The notes: generated by a model from the letters alone, not told the origin. A stretch of DNA of 64,000 bases from an uncultured Nitrospiraceae bacterium (GCA_963727775.1 CAVSHB010000001.1:1184001-1248000); one strand, 5' to 3'; counted from the first letter of the stretch, positions 38,360 through 47,875 are shown. Numbers and translations: made by a program.

Positions 38360-41300
38360 ATGACTGATATGAGCGAAGAAAAAACGATCTGCAATCTTGA
38401 CTATTTAATAGGCACTTTGGCCACTGCCTACAAAGGGCTTATTACTTCTCTGGTTCTGAAAGATTTTTGTATGGTGGAAAAGGATGGTTCCACAATCTTT
38501 AAGGGGACCGTTCTCTCAATGCCTGAGGGGACATATATGGCGTCTCTCATACATGAAGGTTTTGAGCTTTCAAGGGGTATTATTCAAAACGGATTTATTG
38601 AATTATATGCTGAAAATGAAATGATAGGATCTGCAAAAAACCTGCAGATCGACATTCTTCAAAGCGGCAGGCATATCGGCACTTTCCTGCTGAAGAAAGA
38701 GAAGAAGGAAGGCTTTTTCATCTCGGCCCTGGAGCTGTCGGAGGAAACCAAGGGCATTAATTTCGGATTGCTCACAGGCCGCTTAAGGAGCAAGGTAGGC
38801 TTATTGAAAAAAGCAGAGGATATCATTTCAGAAATCCTCTCGACAAAACAGGACTGGAAAAAATTCTCCGAAAAAATGAACAGTTTTTCAAAAGACCTTT
38901 TCTGGTTTGACAGAGAAGCTTACTACGCCTGGTATGAAATTATGGTGAAGTGGTCTGTAAATACATGCGAAAGGATAGATTGCATGGTTTGGGACAAAGC
39001 CATATCAAATGTCCTCTCTCTGATAGAGTTGCCTTTGGAGAAAGAGACCGACATGCAAATGCTCGTCTTTTTGGTCAATACATGGCTGAATAGAGTAAAG
39101 GATTCATCTATAAGCCTTGCCGCGGGCCTGACGCATGCAAGAAAGGTATTCTCGCGGATTAATGAGGTATTTCCTGATACAGATATCGGGCCGGCCTTAA
39201 GGGTCCTCATAAATTCTTTGCACGACAGGATCAAAAACACACCCGCATTGAATGCAGATGTTTTACGGGTGGTTAAAGATATTGTTTCAGCCGATGATCA
39301 AATCCTATTGAGCGATTACAGTGAAGAAATGAAAAAAGTATTGGAAGATATTTTATACGGCACAGATGTTTCACCGGGCAATAAGGAATATGCAAAGATC
39401 TTCGAAGTTATAGATTCCGCTGATATGTGGCTTTCAAAAGACAGGGACATGATAACGGTTTTTTCAGATGTCATTGAAAGGAACATATCGAAAGCTTCGG
39501 CGGAGGCATTATCTATGGCTTTCATGAATCTATTCCCTGATTTTAATGCATTACCTTCCGATCTTTACAGAAGGGCCTCAGCCGATACAATCAATCTGAT
39601 GAAAAAACTGATTGACCTGAAAAGCGCCGACATATGTGAAACACTTCTGACCCACTTAGAGAAGCAGTCTGATCCCTTTAAAACAGATATCATCCTCAAT
39701 CCCGAAGCGGCTTCAGCCATACTCGATGCAGGCGACAATAAACTCATCTCGCGCTATAAAGGGATTTTGGCGCAGATCCTGATACCGGCGCCGGGAATTA
39801 CAGGTTTTTCACGAGAGACCTGGGCGGAGATTGTGAATCCGCTTCATCTGACAAGGATTGCAAAGTTTATGGATATCATAAAACTCGGCGCCGGACCTTT
39901 TAAGGAGATCTTAATACGGACAATCTGTAACCTCTATGTTAGCGGGGTTTTTATACCGGACGACAGGCTTTTCCAGAGGGAAATATCAAAATATTTAAAC
40001 TCCGGAATAATCAGGGAGAATTACCTCCTTCATTATATGCTTCTCAAGAAACTGCCTGTTTATTACCATGAAGTCGGCGCTACCGGCAGACTGAGAGATG
40101 ACAGCACGGAGATAGATTCATGGGGCAATGACCCAGTCCTCTATTTCCTTCGTAAACAGGTCCACGTGAATGCAAGCAATCACCTTATTCCTGTTATTGA
40201 AGATATCATTAAGTCGTGGGTATATAAAACAACGGAAGGTTTAAAGCTATCGGTTCCCGAAGATATTTTGAAAACCTTCAATACAGATCTGCTGGAACAT
40301 TACTCCCCGGCTATCCGCCCGCTCTTTGAATCCTTCGGCATAATAAACAACAACGGCATGCATTTTGAAAAACTCCTCAGCACCCCGGAAGATGATATCA
40401 ATCGCAGGCTTTTGTCTTTAAATGTTTCGGATGAAATACGCCTGAAGATACTGTTGTTGTGCAGAATTTATTGCGAGATTGCAAGGAAGTATTCGCTTGT
40501 ACCTTTGGATATCGGCAAAGAAGATATAGCTTCAAGAATTACCATGTCCATACAAAAATTAAAACACCTGAAAGATACAGTCTTATCTCCACAGAAGACC
40601 CAGCCGGAGGAAGCGCTTTTTTTTAAGCGGCATATAGCATTCGGGATACCCTCTGTGATGGGGTCGTATCATGAGCCGAAATTCGATGCGTTTGGAGAGA
40701 CCCTCAGGACCGAGGAAGAGATAAGGACGCTCCATGACGCAATAAGCAATGATATAAAAAACAAAGAAAGCGGGCTTACACTTCAGGATGTCAAACAATG
40801 GATCTGTTGTGTTGGGGACCTCAATGAACTTTTGCAATTGCATGACCTCGGCAATTTTCAGGTGGATGAGGCAGTGGAGATTTTAAGGAGCAATGAGCTG
40901 CATATCTCGCAGATAGTCGATCTGTTGAGGATATGTCAGAGAGAACTTACCTGGCTGGTTGAGATATTTAACATGACTTTTCAGAAACCATTGCTGGAGA
41001 TTCTTGAAAAATTTCCAAAGGATGAATTGCCTGAATACCTCCGGGGGATCAATCCTGAAGACGGCAGTTTTATAATTAAGGCAGCGGATATTATTATCAG
41101 GGCGCTTATGAACAGCATTCCCGGTTTTTTTGAGCTCGACAGACTTTTTAATAATCTCATCGATAAGCTGACCGCTCATATGAGATTACAGCCGGATGAA
41201 ATTTTCAGGCTGACCGATAATCCCCGGATAGCCGGCGATTATTTTTCCATCGACAACCTTTCTGATGAGGACGCAATGAGACTATCTCCGTCTATAGGGA

Positions 41301-42748
41301 ACAAAGCAAAGAACCTTGTTTATCTTAATAACAAGGGCCTGTTCGTTCCCTGTGCCGTTGTTCTGCCTGCCGAACGGACACGGAATTATGAGGAATACAC
41401 CGAAAGCGATGAATTTAAATCAATCCTGAGAAATGCAGTAAGGGAAATAGAAGACAGGACGGGCGCTGAATTCGGCGGTAAACAAAGACCTTTGCTTTTA
41501 TCGGTGAGAAGCGGTTCATATATCTCGATGCCCGGCATTCTCTCATCGATCCTGTACTGCGGCATGAATAAAGAAACCCTTAAAGCCTTTATTGACGATA
41601 CGGAAAACTCCCGGCTTGCGTGGGATTCCTACAGGAGGTTCATTGAGCACTACGGTACTGTAGTCTACGACCTCGACATGGATATATTCGAAACAATAGT
41701 CAATACCTTTATGAAAGGGCAGGGCGTCACAAAAAGGGAAGACCTGAATTCTGAACAGATGGCAAAGATAGTGCATCTTTACAGCGCTGAACTGTCCGCG
41801 AGAGACCGGGAGTTACCTGATGATGTCTATGAACAGTTAAAAGAATCGGTCAAAGCGGTCTTCAGGTCATGGTATTCGGAAAGATCGGTACAATTCAGGA
41901 AAGCAATGGGTATTTCAGAACACTGGGGGACATCTGTAACATTGATGCAGATGATTTACGGCAATGATCCGGGATCAGGAGCTTCGGTGTTTTTTACCAG
42001 AAAACCTCTTACCTTCGAAAAGGGCATTTATGGCGATACAAAAGAGAAGGCGAGCGGAGGCGAGCTTGTCTATGGAAGGACTGCTACGCGTCCTTTGACA
42101 CGGCAGCAGGCATTAATCAATCAACAAAGCCTCGAAGAGATTGATCCGCAATTATTCGGGATGCATGAAGGACTCGCAGGGGACATTGAAAAAGCAATGA
42201 GGGGGCTGCCGCAGGAGGTAGAAGCTACCTATGTAAAGCGAGCTGATGGAGAGAGGATCATCTATGTGCTTCAGACAAAACGGATGGAGTTTCACAGGGG
42301 ATTCACCAAAAGATTTGATGATATATGCAGAATGGAACCCAATATTATCGGTCGCGGAGCGGGTGTGTACGGTGGGGCCCTGAGCGGGACGGTAACGTTT
42401 TCCGTCTCTCCGGAACTTATCAGGAAAAAAAGAGCAATAACGCGTCTTCCGGTAATCCTTTTAAGGAAAGAGGCCAGCACGAATGACGTTGCCCTCATGC
42501 CCGAGATAAACGGCATTATTACATCGACCGGGGGAGCAACATCTCACGCAGCTATTTTGGCACAAAAGTTTCATCTGACTGCAGTCATAGGATGTTCGGA
42601 AATGAAAATAGGACCTGATGAAAAAGGCGGCCTGTCTGCACAGATTGGGACTCTTAAGGTAGCAGAGGGCGACTATATAAGCTTAGACGGTTCAACAGGA
42701 TTGGTCTATTCCGGTTTATGCAGTTCAACTACTCAGGTGGAGGCTTAG
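38360..42748 (+). CDS. Large PPDK-like protein (nucleotide-binding and phospho-His domains, long uncharacterised N-terminus)
   Basis: GNKAKNL, PLLLSVRSG...SMPG, AWDSYRRF, GGATSHAA, SLDGSTG at the C-terminus. No PEP/pyruvate barrel follows. Confidence 0.8.
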   Translation: MTDMSEEKTICNLDYLIGTLATAYKGLITSLVLKDFCMVEKDGSTIFKGTVLSMPEGTYMASLIHEGFELSRGIIQNGFIELYAENEMIGSAKNLQIDILQSGRHIGTFLLKKEKKEGFFISALELSEETKGINFGLLTGRLRSKVGLLKKAEDIISEILSTKQDWKKFSEKMNSFSKDLFWFDREAYYAWYEIMVKWSVNTCERIDCMVWDKAISNVLSLIELPLEKETDMQMLVFLVNTWLNRVKDSSISLAAGLTHARKVFSRINEVFPDTDIGPALRVLINSLHDRIKNTPALNADVLRVVKDIVSADDQILLSDYSEEMKKVLEDILYGTDVSPGNKEYAKIFEVIDSADMWLSKDRDMITVFSDVIERNISKASAEALSMAFMNLFPDFNALPSDLYRRASADTINLMKKLIDLKSADICETLLTHLEKQSDPFKTDIILNPEAASAILDAGDNKLISRYKGILAQILIPAPGITGFSRETWAEIVNPLHLTRIAKFMDIIKLGAGPFKEILIRTICNLYVSGVFIPDDRLFQREISKYLNSGIIRENYLLHYMLLKKLPVYYHEVGATGRLRDDSTEIDSWGNDPVLYFLRKQVHVNASNHLIPVIEDIIKSWVYKTTEGLKLSVPEDILKTFNTDLLEHYSPAIRPLFESFGIINNNGMHFEKLLSTPEDDINRRLLSLNVSDEIRLKILLLCRIYCEIARKYSLVPLDIGKEDIASRITMSIQKLKHLKDTVLSPQKTQPEEALFFKRHIAFGIPSVMGSYHEPKFDAFGETLRTEEEIRTLHDAISNDIKNKESGLTLQDVKQWICCVGDLNELLQLHDLGNFQVDEAVEILRSNELHISQIVDLLRICQRELTWLVEIFNMTFQKPLLEILEKFPKDELPEYLRGINPEDGSFIIKAADIIIRALMNSIPGFFELDRLFNNLIDKLTAHMRLQPDEIFRLTDNPRIAGDYFSIDNLSDEDAMRLSPSIGNKAKNLVYLNNKGLFVPCAVVLPAERTRNYEEYTESDEFKSILRNAVREIEDRTGAEFGGKQRPLLLSVRSGSYISMPGILSSILYCGMNKETLKAFIDDTENSRLAWDSYRRFIEHYGTVVYDLDMDIFETIVNTFMKGQGVTKREDLNSEQMAKIVHLYSAELSARDRELPDDVYEQLKESVKAVFRSWYSERSVQFRKAMGISEHWGTSVTLMQMIYGNDPGSGASVFFTRKPLTFEKGIYGDTKEKASGGELVYGRTATRPLTRQQALINQQSLEEIDPQLFGMHEGLAGDIEKAMRGLPQEVEATYVKRADGERIIYVLQTKRMEFHRGFTKRFDDICRMEPNIIGRGAGVYGGALSGTVTFSVSPELIRKKRAITRLPVILLRKEASTNDVALMPEINGIITSTGGATSHAAILAQKFHLTAVIGCSEMKIGPDEKGGLSAQIGTLKVAEGDYISLDGSTGLVYSGLCSSTTQVEA

Positions 42749-42750
42749 TC

Positions 42751-42897
42751 TACTTAATTCATAAAATGTGCGGAAGCCGACAAATACAGTATTTGCGCTC
42801 GTTTTCGGCCCGGTACGAATCGGGCCTCCGAGGAAAATTCTTTCTCCGAAAGAATTTAAACCCGCTTAAATACTGTATCTGTCGATTTTATGAAGTA
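42751..42897. repeat. Structured palindromic element, copy B
   Basis: Arms TTCATAAAAT/ATTTTATGAA and CGACAAATACAGTATTT/AAATACTGTATCTGTCG; same internal hairpins as copy A. Confidence 0.8.
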
Positions 42898-42948
42898 TTT
42901 TAAATAACGACGCACTCGGTATTTCAGCTTTTTCACAGCAATGACCTA

Positions 42949-43680
42949 ATGAATAAGAGAGAGTATGAGGAGATTATGACGGCACAAATAATACGGACGA
43001 AATTACAAAAGCTCGCTAACAAAGACAAGGCAAAAATCCTCCAGGGTTTTTTTAAGACCGGGCCGGGGGAATACGGGGAAGGGGACATTTTTCTCGGTAT
43101 CAAAGTGCCGGCGCTCAGGAAGCTGTCAAAAGAGCATGATGGTATCCCGTTGAATGAAACGGTGCAACTCCTTAAGTCCTCCATCCACGAAGAACGTTTG
43201 CTTGCTCTCCTGATGCTTGTCCATGCTTTTTCAAAAGGCGATGAAGCTCTCCAAAAGAAGATCTACGACCTTTACCTTAAGCACACCAGGTACATCAACA
43301 ACTGGGACCTCGTTGACCTGACAGCGCCGAATATTGTCGGGACGTATCTCCTGGACAAGAGCAAAAAGCCGCTTTATGCTCTTGCGAAGTCGAATGATCT
43401 CTGGCAATGCAGGATCGCGATCATGGCTACGTTTTCGTTCATCAGGCAGAATGATTTTGATGATACACTCAAAATTTCAAACACCCTTCTCACTGATGAG
43501 CACGACCTGATCCATAAGGCTGTTGGCTGGATGCTGCGCGAGGTCGGCAAACGGTCGCTCGTGACCGAGGAGCGGTTTCTGCAACAGCATTACAAGAAGA
43601 TGCCGCGGACCATGCTGCGGTATGCGATTGAGCGGTTCCCGGAAGCGAAGAGGAAGAAATACCTGAATGGCGAAATGTGA
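42949..43680 (+). CDS. DNA alkylation repair protein (AlkD-like)
   Basis: FFKTGPGEYGEGD, NNWDLVD, HKAVGWMLRE, RTMLRYAIE. Confidence 0.9.
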   Translation: MNKREYEEIMTAQIIRTKLQKLANKDKAKILQGFFKTGPGEYGEGDIFLGIKVPALRKLSKEHDGIPLNETVQLLKSSIHEERLLALLMLVHAFSKGDEALQKKIYDLYLKHTRYINNWDLVDLTAPNIVGTYLLDKSKKPLYALAKSNDLWQCRIAIMATFSFIRQNDFDDTLKISNTLLTDEHDLIHKAVGWMLREVGKRSLVTEERFLQQHYKKMPRTMLRYAIERFPEAKRKKYLNGEM

Positions 43681-43802
43681 TGTTAAAAAATATCATATGG
43701 AATCGCTTCCTGTGATATACCAACTTGGTATATTACGGTAATAAGGAGTAAAAGCCAACTAACCTTTCATCAGACAGCTTGATTTTTATAACAATTTAAT
43801 AA

Positions 43803-44372
43803 TTGATACACCCTGCGGTCTCTGCCGCAGGATCCGATGTATGTAGAGTAAATGGAGGGAAAGACCTGTAGACTGATAGAATAAAGAGACGATGGTAACT
43901 CTTGACGACGATATATGGCGATGGTATCACAATATATCGGAGTGTTACTATCACATTCAAATAACGGTGAAATACCGCAAGTCACTTTTGAGTAAAGAAG
44001 TAGAAGGGGCTATAGTTGGAGCGCTGAAAGGATTGAAAGAAAGGTATGCGATAGAGATCAATACAGTTGGATTTGATCGAAACCATGTGCATATTCTGTG
44101 TCGATATTTATCGAAGTATTCTGGGGGGAGGTGATCAAGATAATAAAGAGTATAAGTGGGAAAAGAGTATATGAAGAGGCCCCCGAGGTAAAAAAAGAAC
44201 TTTGGGGTGGTGAGTTCTGGACAGACGGGTACTACATAGCAACGATCAGCGGTAAAGGGAATAAAGGAGTGATTGAGAAATACATAAAGAACCAAGGCAG
44301 AGAGAAGGATGTTGGGCAGTTGAGGTTGTTTGACTTCTGACGCCCTGCGGTCTCTGCCGCAGGGTTCTTCAC
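43803..44372 (+). mobile_element. IS200-type element (tnpA only)
   Basis: Identical hairpins CCTGCGG-TCTCTG-CCGCAGG at 43812 and 44344; right end TTCAC; left boundary approximate. Confidence 0.88.
43892..44340 (+). pseudogene. tnpA: IS200/IS605 Y1 transposase with frameshift in G6 run
   Basis: YHIQITVKYRK, HVH (HUH), LWGGEFWTDGYY, KYIKNQ. One extra G at 44123-44128 would join the two ORFs. Confidence 0.88.
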
Positions 44373-44459
44373 AATTTTATCTTTCAAGTAATTCCCTACT
44401 ATGTTATATTCTTTTGAAAATGCGGAAAATGCCAAGTTGGTATAATGTTATAAATTTAA

Positions 44460-44482
44460 TTGTAAATACATTTGTAAATACA
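44460..44482. promoter_or_regulatory. Tandem TTGTAAATACA boxes, putative TA operator
   Basis: Direct repeat of a quasi-palindrome upstream of the toxin gene. Confidence 0.45.
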
Positions 44483-44512
44483 ATTAATTTATGATAATAT
44501 GAAATTAAAATT

Positions 44513-44785
44513 ATGAAAGAATTCCGATGGAACGAAGATAAAAATAAATTACTAAAAGAGGAAAGAGGAGTTTCATTCGAAGAAATATTAGACTCAAAAT
44601 TTATTGGAGCAGAAAGGCATCCAACCAGAAAAAATCGAATGGTTTTGAAATTTGAATATAAAAAATATATTTGGATTATTCCTTGTGTTATTGAAGATAA
44701 TTATATATTTTTAAAAACGATGTTTCCAAGCCGTAAATATACAAAATTATTTAAAGTAAAAGAGGCGAAAAATGAAAAAACATAA
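44513..44785 (+). CDS. BrnT-like toxin
   Basis: FRWNEDKNKLLKEERGVSFEE...FLKTMFPSRKYT. Confidence 0.85.
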   Translation: MKEFRWNEDKNKLLKEERGVSFEEILDSKFIGAERHPTRKNRMVLKFEYKKYIWIIPCVIEDNYIFLKTMFPSRKYTKLFKVKEAKNEKT

Positions 44786-45023
44786 ATTAACAAGAGAAGA
44801 AAAGGAAATCGAAAATGCTTTATTGCGCGGTGAATATATTCCGATAAAAGGAAAAGAACTGGCCAATATAGAAAAAGCACTTAAACTGAGGAAAAAAGAT
44901 ATAACGATGACTATAAGAGTTAACAGTGAAGATATTGAAAAAATAAAAAATAAAGCAAAAAAACTCGGGGTAAAATATCAAAGTTATATCTCAGAAGTTA
45001 TTCATCAAGTTGCAGAAGTATAA
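44772..45023 (+). CDS. CopG/RHH antitoxin
   Basis: LTREEKEIE...MTIRV...GVKYQSYI. Confidence 0.85.
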   Translation: MKKHKLTREEKEIENALLRGEYIPIKGKELANIEKALKLRKKDITMTIRVNSEDIEKIKNKAKKLGVKYQSYISEVIHQVAEV

Positions 45024-45036
45024 AAATAATAATAAG

Positions 45037-45121
45037 TTATAACAATCGGCTCGACCAGATGGCGAATAACGTTGGTGGTTTCTGCATAGGCTTATTGCCC
45101 CCACTGGTCAGCCGTATCGTT
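45037..45121 (+). other. attC recombination site (interrupted after GTT)
   Basis: TTATAAC-aat-CGGCT(C)GACCAG ... CTGGTCAGCCG-tatc-GTT: R''/L''/L'/R' architecture with an extrahelical base. Confidence 0.8.
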
Positions 45122-45280
45122 GAATCTGTAGAAAAAACCACTTGATAAAATATTTTTGACAGGTCAAAAAAAACCGAATGCGTGGGATGCTCCGGATTGA
45201 ACGATCTCGGATCAACGAAGGGGTAGAAGATTCCTCAAATTACGATTATTTGGATCATAAAGGACTTTTTCTACATACTC
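45122..45280. mobile_element. 159-bp MITE inserted in attC
   Basis: TIRs GAATCTGTAGAAAAA / TTTTTCTACATACTC (13 of 15 match), flanked by GTT on both sides; no ORF. Confidence 0.75.
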
Positions 45281-45932
45281 GTTAGCACAAGACAAGAAAA
45301 TAGAAATGCATAATCTCAAATAGTTGCCAAAAAGCACACAATGTGATAACTTATCAATAGATGAAGCAAATAAATTGGAATACGGAAAAGAGCTTAAACC
45401 TCAAAGAATCAAAAGGAAATTACTTTGAAGATATGGTTTTTTATATTGAAAAGGGCGATATTTTGGAGGACTATTTGCATCCAAATCAGACAAGGTATCC
45501 GGAACAACGTATAATGGTAATCGGAATAAATAATTACGCATACCTTGTTCCATATGTTGAGGATAAGGAAGAAATATTCCTTAAAACCATTATCCCCAGC
45601 AGAAAAGCAACAGAAAATTATTTTGGAGAAAAAAATGAAAACTAAATTAACCAAGGAAGAACAGGAAATATTGGACAGTTTTGAAAAAGGCGAATGGGTG
45701 CCGGTAAAGAATCTTTCAAAGAGAAAAGCGGAACTGATGAGATACGCAAAAAACACTTTAAAGAAGGATAAAAGATTAAACATAAGAATTTCCGAAAGAG
45801 ATTTATATGAATTACAAAGAAAAGCGGTAATCGAGGGATTGCCTTATCAGACTTATGTTTCCAGTATCATTCATAAATTCCTTAACGGCAAACTAATAGA
45901 AGCAAAAAATGCTAATAAGGCGTTCCAAGCAC
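45281..45932 (+). mobile_element. Integron gene cassette 2 (TA pair) with truncated attC
   Basis: Starts GTTAGCA; ends TGCTAAT-AAGGCGTTCCAAGC, a degenerate R''/L'' half-site. Confidence 0.6.
45361..45645 (+). CDS. BrnT-like toxin
   Basis: INWNTEKS...HPNQTRYPEQ...YLVPYV...FLKTIIPSRKAT. Confidence 0.85.
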   Translation: MKQINWNTEKSLNLKESKGNYFEDMVFYIEKGDILEDYLHPNQTRYPEQRIMVIGINNYAYLVPYVEDKEEIFLKTIIPSRKATENYFGEKNEN

Positions 45933-45961
45933 CACAGCGATTAACGAACAGGAATGAATGA
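45635..45961 (+). CDS. CopG/RHH antitoxin (C-terminus extends through the broken attC)
   Basis: MKTKLTKEEQEIL...KDKRLNIRIS...GLPYQT. Confidence 0.85.
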   Translation: MKTKLTKEEQEILDSFEKGEWVPVKNLSKRKAELMRYAKNTLKKDKRLNIRISERDLYELQRKAVIEGLPYQTYVSSIIHKFLNGKLIEAKNANKAFQAPQRLTNRNE

Positions 45962-47468
45962 ACATATGAAATACGACGTAATAATTATAGGCGGTGGTCT
46001 TGGAGGACTCACTGCCGGAGCCAAACTGTCCAGGGAAGGCAAAAAGGTAATGCTGGTCGAACAGCATAATATTCCGGGCGGATGTGCCACGACATTCAAG
46101 CGTCGCGGGTATACGATGGATGTGGGGCTGCATGAGACTGATGGACTTGATGAGACTGATATAAAGACAGAAATATTCAATGATTTAAAAGTATTTGACA
46201 ATGTCGAGTTTTTGCGTGTACCGGAATTCTACCGCTTTGTTAACGGCAATGTCGATATTGCCGTATCTGATGACTGCAGAAAAGCTGAAGAGGAATTTAT
46301 TGAAAAATTTCCCTCCGAAGAGAAAGGGATACGGAAGTTCATGAGGGTCGTTACCGGGATAAAGAAAGAAGTCAATAAAATGCCGAGAGAGATCTGGAAA
46401 ACGTTAATACAGATTCCCATCTTTCCGCTCCTATATCCTAATATTGTTCGTTACAACAATAAAAGCGTCGGAGAATTTGTAGATTTGATTATTAGGGATG
46501 AGGATTTGAAGCTGGCACTGATCGCGAACGTCGGCTATTATCATGACAATCCTTATACACTGTCTATGCTGTATTTCGGCGTAGCGCAGGGGGGATATTA
46601 TCTTGGCGGAGGCCATTATATTAAGGGCGGATCGCAGAAACTTTCAGACTACCTGGCCGGATCTATAAAAGAACGCGGTGGGGAAGTAGTCATGGGGCAC
46701 TTGGTGACAAAAATATTAATCGAAGATAAAAAGGCTGTAGGCATAGATTATAGGAAGACCTCGGGAGAAAAGGAAACAAAGAAGGCTTATGCCGATGTCA
46801 TTATTGCCAACGCAGCAGTTCCGAATGTTGCCAATAAACTCCTTCCGACTGCAGAAGCCAGGGTTCTCAAGAAAGAAATTATGGGAATGGAGGTTGCATG
46901 CTCATTGCTGTCCATATATTTATTTTTTAAAACGCCGGCGAAGGAATATGGTTGTAAACATTATTCAAATTTCTTTTTCAGCTCTAAAATAAAATCAATG
47001 AAAGATCTCAATTACGACATTGATTACAAGGAGAGAGGATTTGTATTTGTCGACTATAGCCAAATAGATTCGAAGTTGGCGCCGGAAGGGAAGGGAGTCG
47101 GAGTGATCTGCACTGTCGATTATCTCAAAAATTGGGAGAATTTGAGTGACGATGAATATAAGGCGAAGAAGGAAGTTGCAGCACGCGATTTCATAAAAAG
47201 ACTTAACGAGCATTTCCCGGGCATAAAAGAGGGGATAGATTTCTATGAAGTCGGCACTCCGAAAACAATAAGGCGCTATACTTTGAATCCCCTGGGAACA
47301 GCATATGGCTTTGCCCAGATTCCGAGCCAGTCGGGAATGAAAAGACTAAAGCATAAATCGCCGGTTAAAAATCTCTATTTCGCTTCCGCCTGGACTATGC
47401 CGGGCGGTGGATTTACCGGGGCGATTCTGAGCGGTTATTTCTGTGCAGAAGAAATATTGAGCAAATAA
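45954..47468 (+). CDS. FAD-dependent oxidoreductase, phytoene desaturase/retinol saturase family
   Basis: DVIIIGGGLGGLTAG, PGGCATTF, GTPKT...G.AYG, PGGGFTGAILSG. Confidence 0.88.
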   Translation: MNEHMKYDVIIIGGGLGGLTAGAKLSREGKKVMLVEQHNIPGGCATTFKRRGYTMDVGLHETDGLDETDIKTEIFNDLKVFDNVEFLRVPEFYRFVNGNVDIAVSDDCRKAEEEFIEKFPSEEKGIRKFMRVVTGIKKEVNKMPREIWKTLIQIPIFPLLYPNIVRYNNKSVGEFVDLIIRDEDLKLALIANVGYYHDNPYTLSMLYFGVAQGGYYLGGGHYIKGGSQKLSDYLAGSIKERGGEVVMGHLVTKILIEDKKAVGIDYRKTSGEKETKKAYADVIIANAAVPNVANKLLPTAEARVLKKEIMGMEVACSLLSIYLFFKTPAKEYGCKHYSNFFFSSKIKSMKDLNYDIDYKERGFVFVDYSQIDSKLAPEGKGVGVICTVDYLKNWENLSDDEYKAKKEVAARDFIKRLNEHFPGIKEGIDFYEVGTPKTIRRYTLNPLGTAYGFAQIPSQSGMKRLKHKSPVKNLYFASAWTMPGGGFTGAILSGYFCAEEILSK

Positions 47469-47508
47469 GAAATATGTTCAATATAATTTTTTGAAAGGAG
47501 AAAATGCT

Positions 47509-47838
47509 ATGAAAAGAGTTTTGGCCGGAACGATAGTAGTTGCAGGAATATGTCTGTTTGTCATAAGCGGGTTTGCAGATGAAAAGTCAAATGTAAAAAT
47601 TGGTGAGACAAATTTCAATGAACATTGCGTTGCTTGCCACCCCGGTGGGAAAAATGTTTTTGATCCGCAAAAAACGCTGCATAAAAAGGACCTGGAGGCA
47701 AATAATATCAGAACACCTGAAGACATTGTAAAATTAATGAGGAACCCGGGACCGAATATGACGAGGTTTGACGAGAATAGTCTTCCGGAAAAAGAGGCAA
47801 AGGAAATAGCCGAATATATTCTGGAGACTTTTAAATAG
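47509..47838 (+). CDS. Monoheme cytochrome c (c6/OmcF-like), paralog of 34996-35325
   Basis: Signal peptide, CVACH, PGPNM. Confidence 0.9.
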   Translation: MKRVLAGTIVVAGICLFVISGFADEKSNVKIGETNFNEHCVACHPGGKNVFDPQKTLHKKDLEANNIRTPEDIVKLMRNPGPNMTRFDENSLPEKEAKEIAEYILETFK

Positions 47839-47875
47839 AGAACGATAACCAACAGAATTTATTTACTAATTCCCA

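Larger units (their letters stand above)
43716..44444. mobile_element. TA-flanked inverted-repeat element (IS630-like MITE) carrying a nested IS200
   Basis: TATACCAACTTGG at 43716 and its reverse complement CCAAGTTGGTATA at 44432; the imperfect match extends to about 20 bp. Confidence 0.5.
44447..45121 (+). mobile_element. Integron gene cassette 1 (TA pair)
   Basis: Starts GTTATAA; its attC R'' TTATAAC is the exact reverse complement. Confidence 0.7.
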
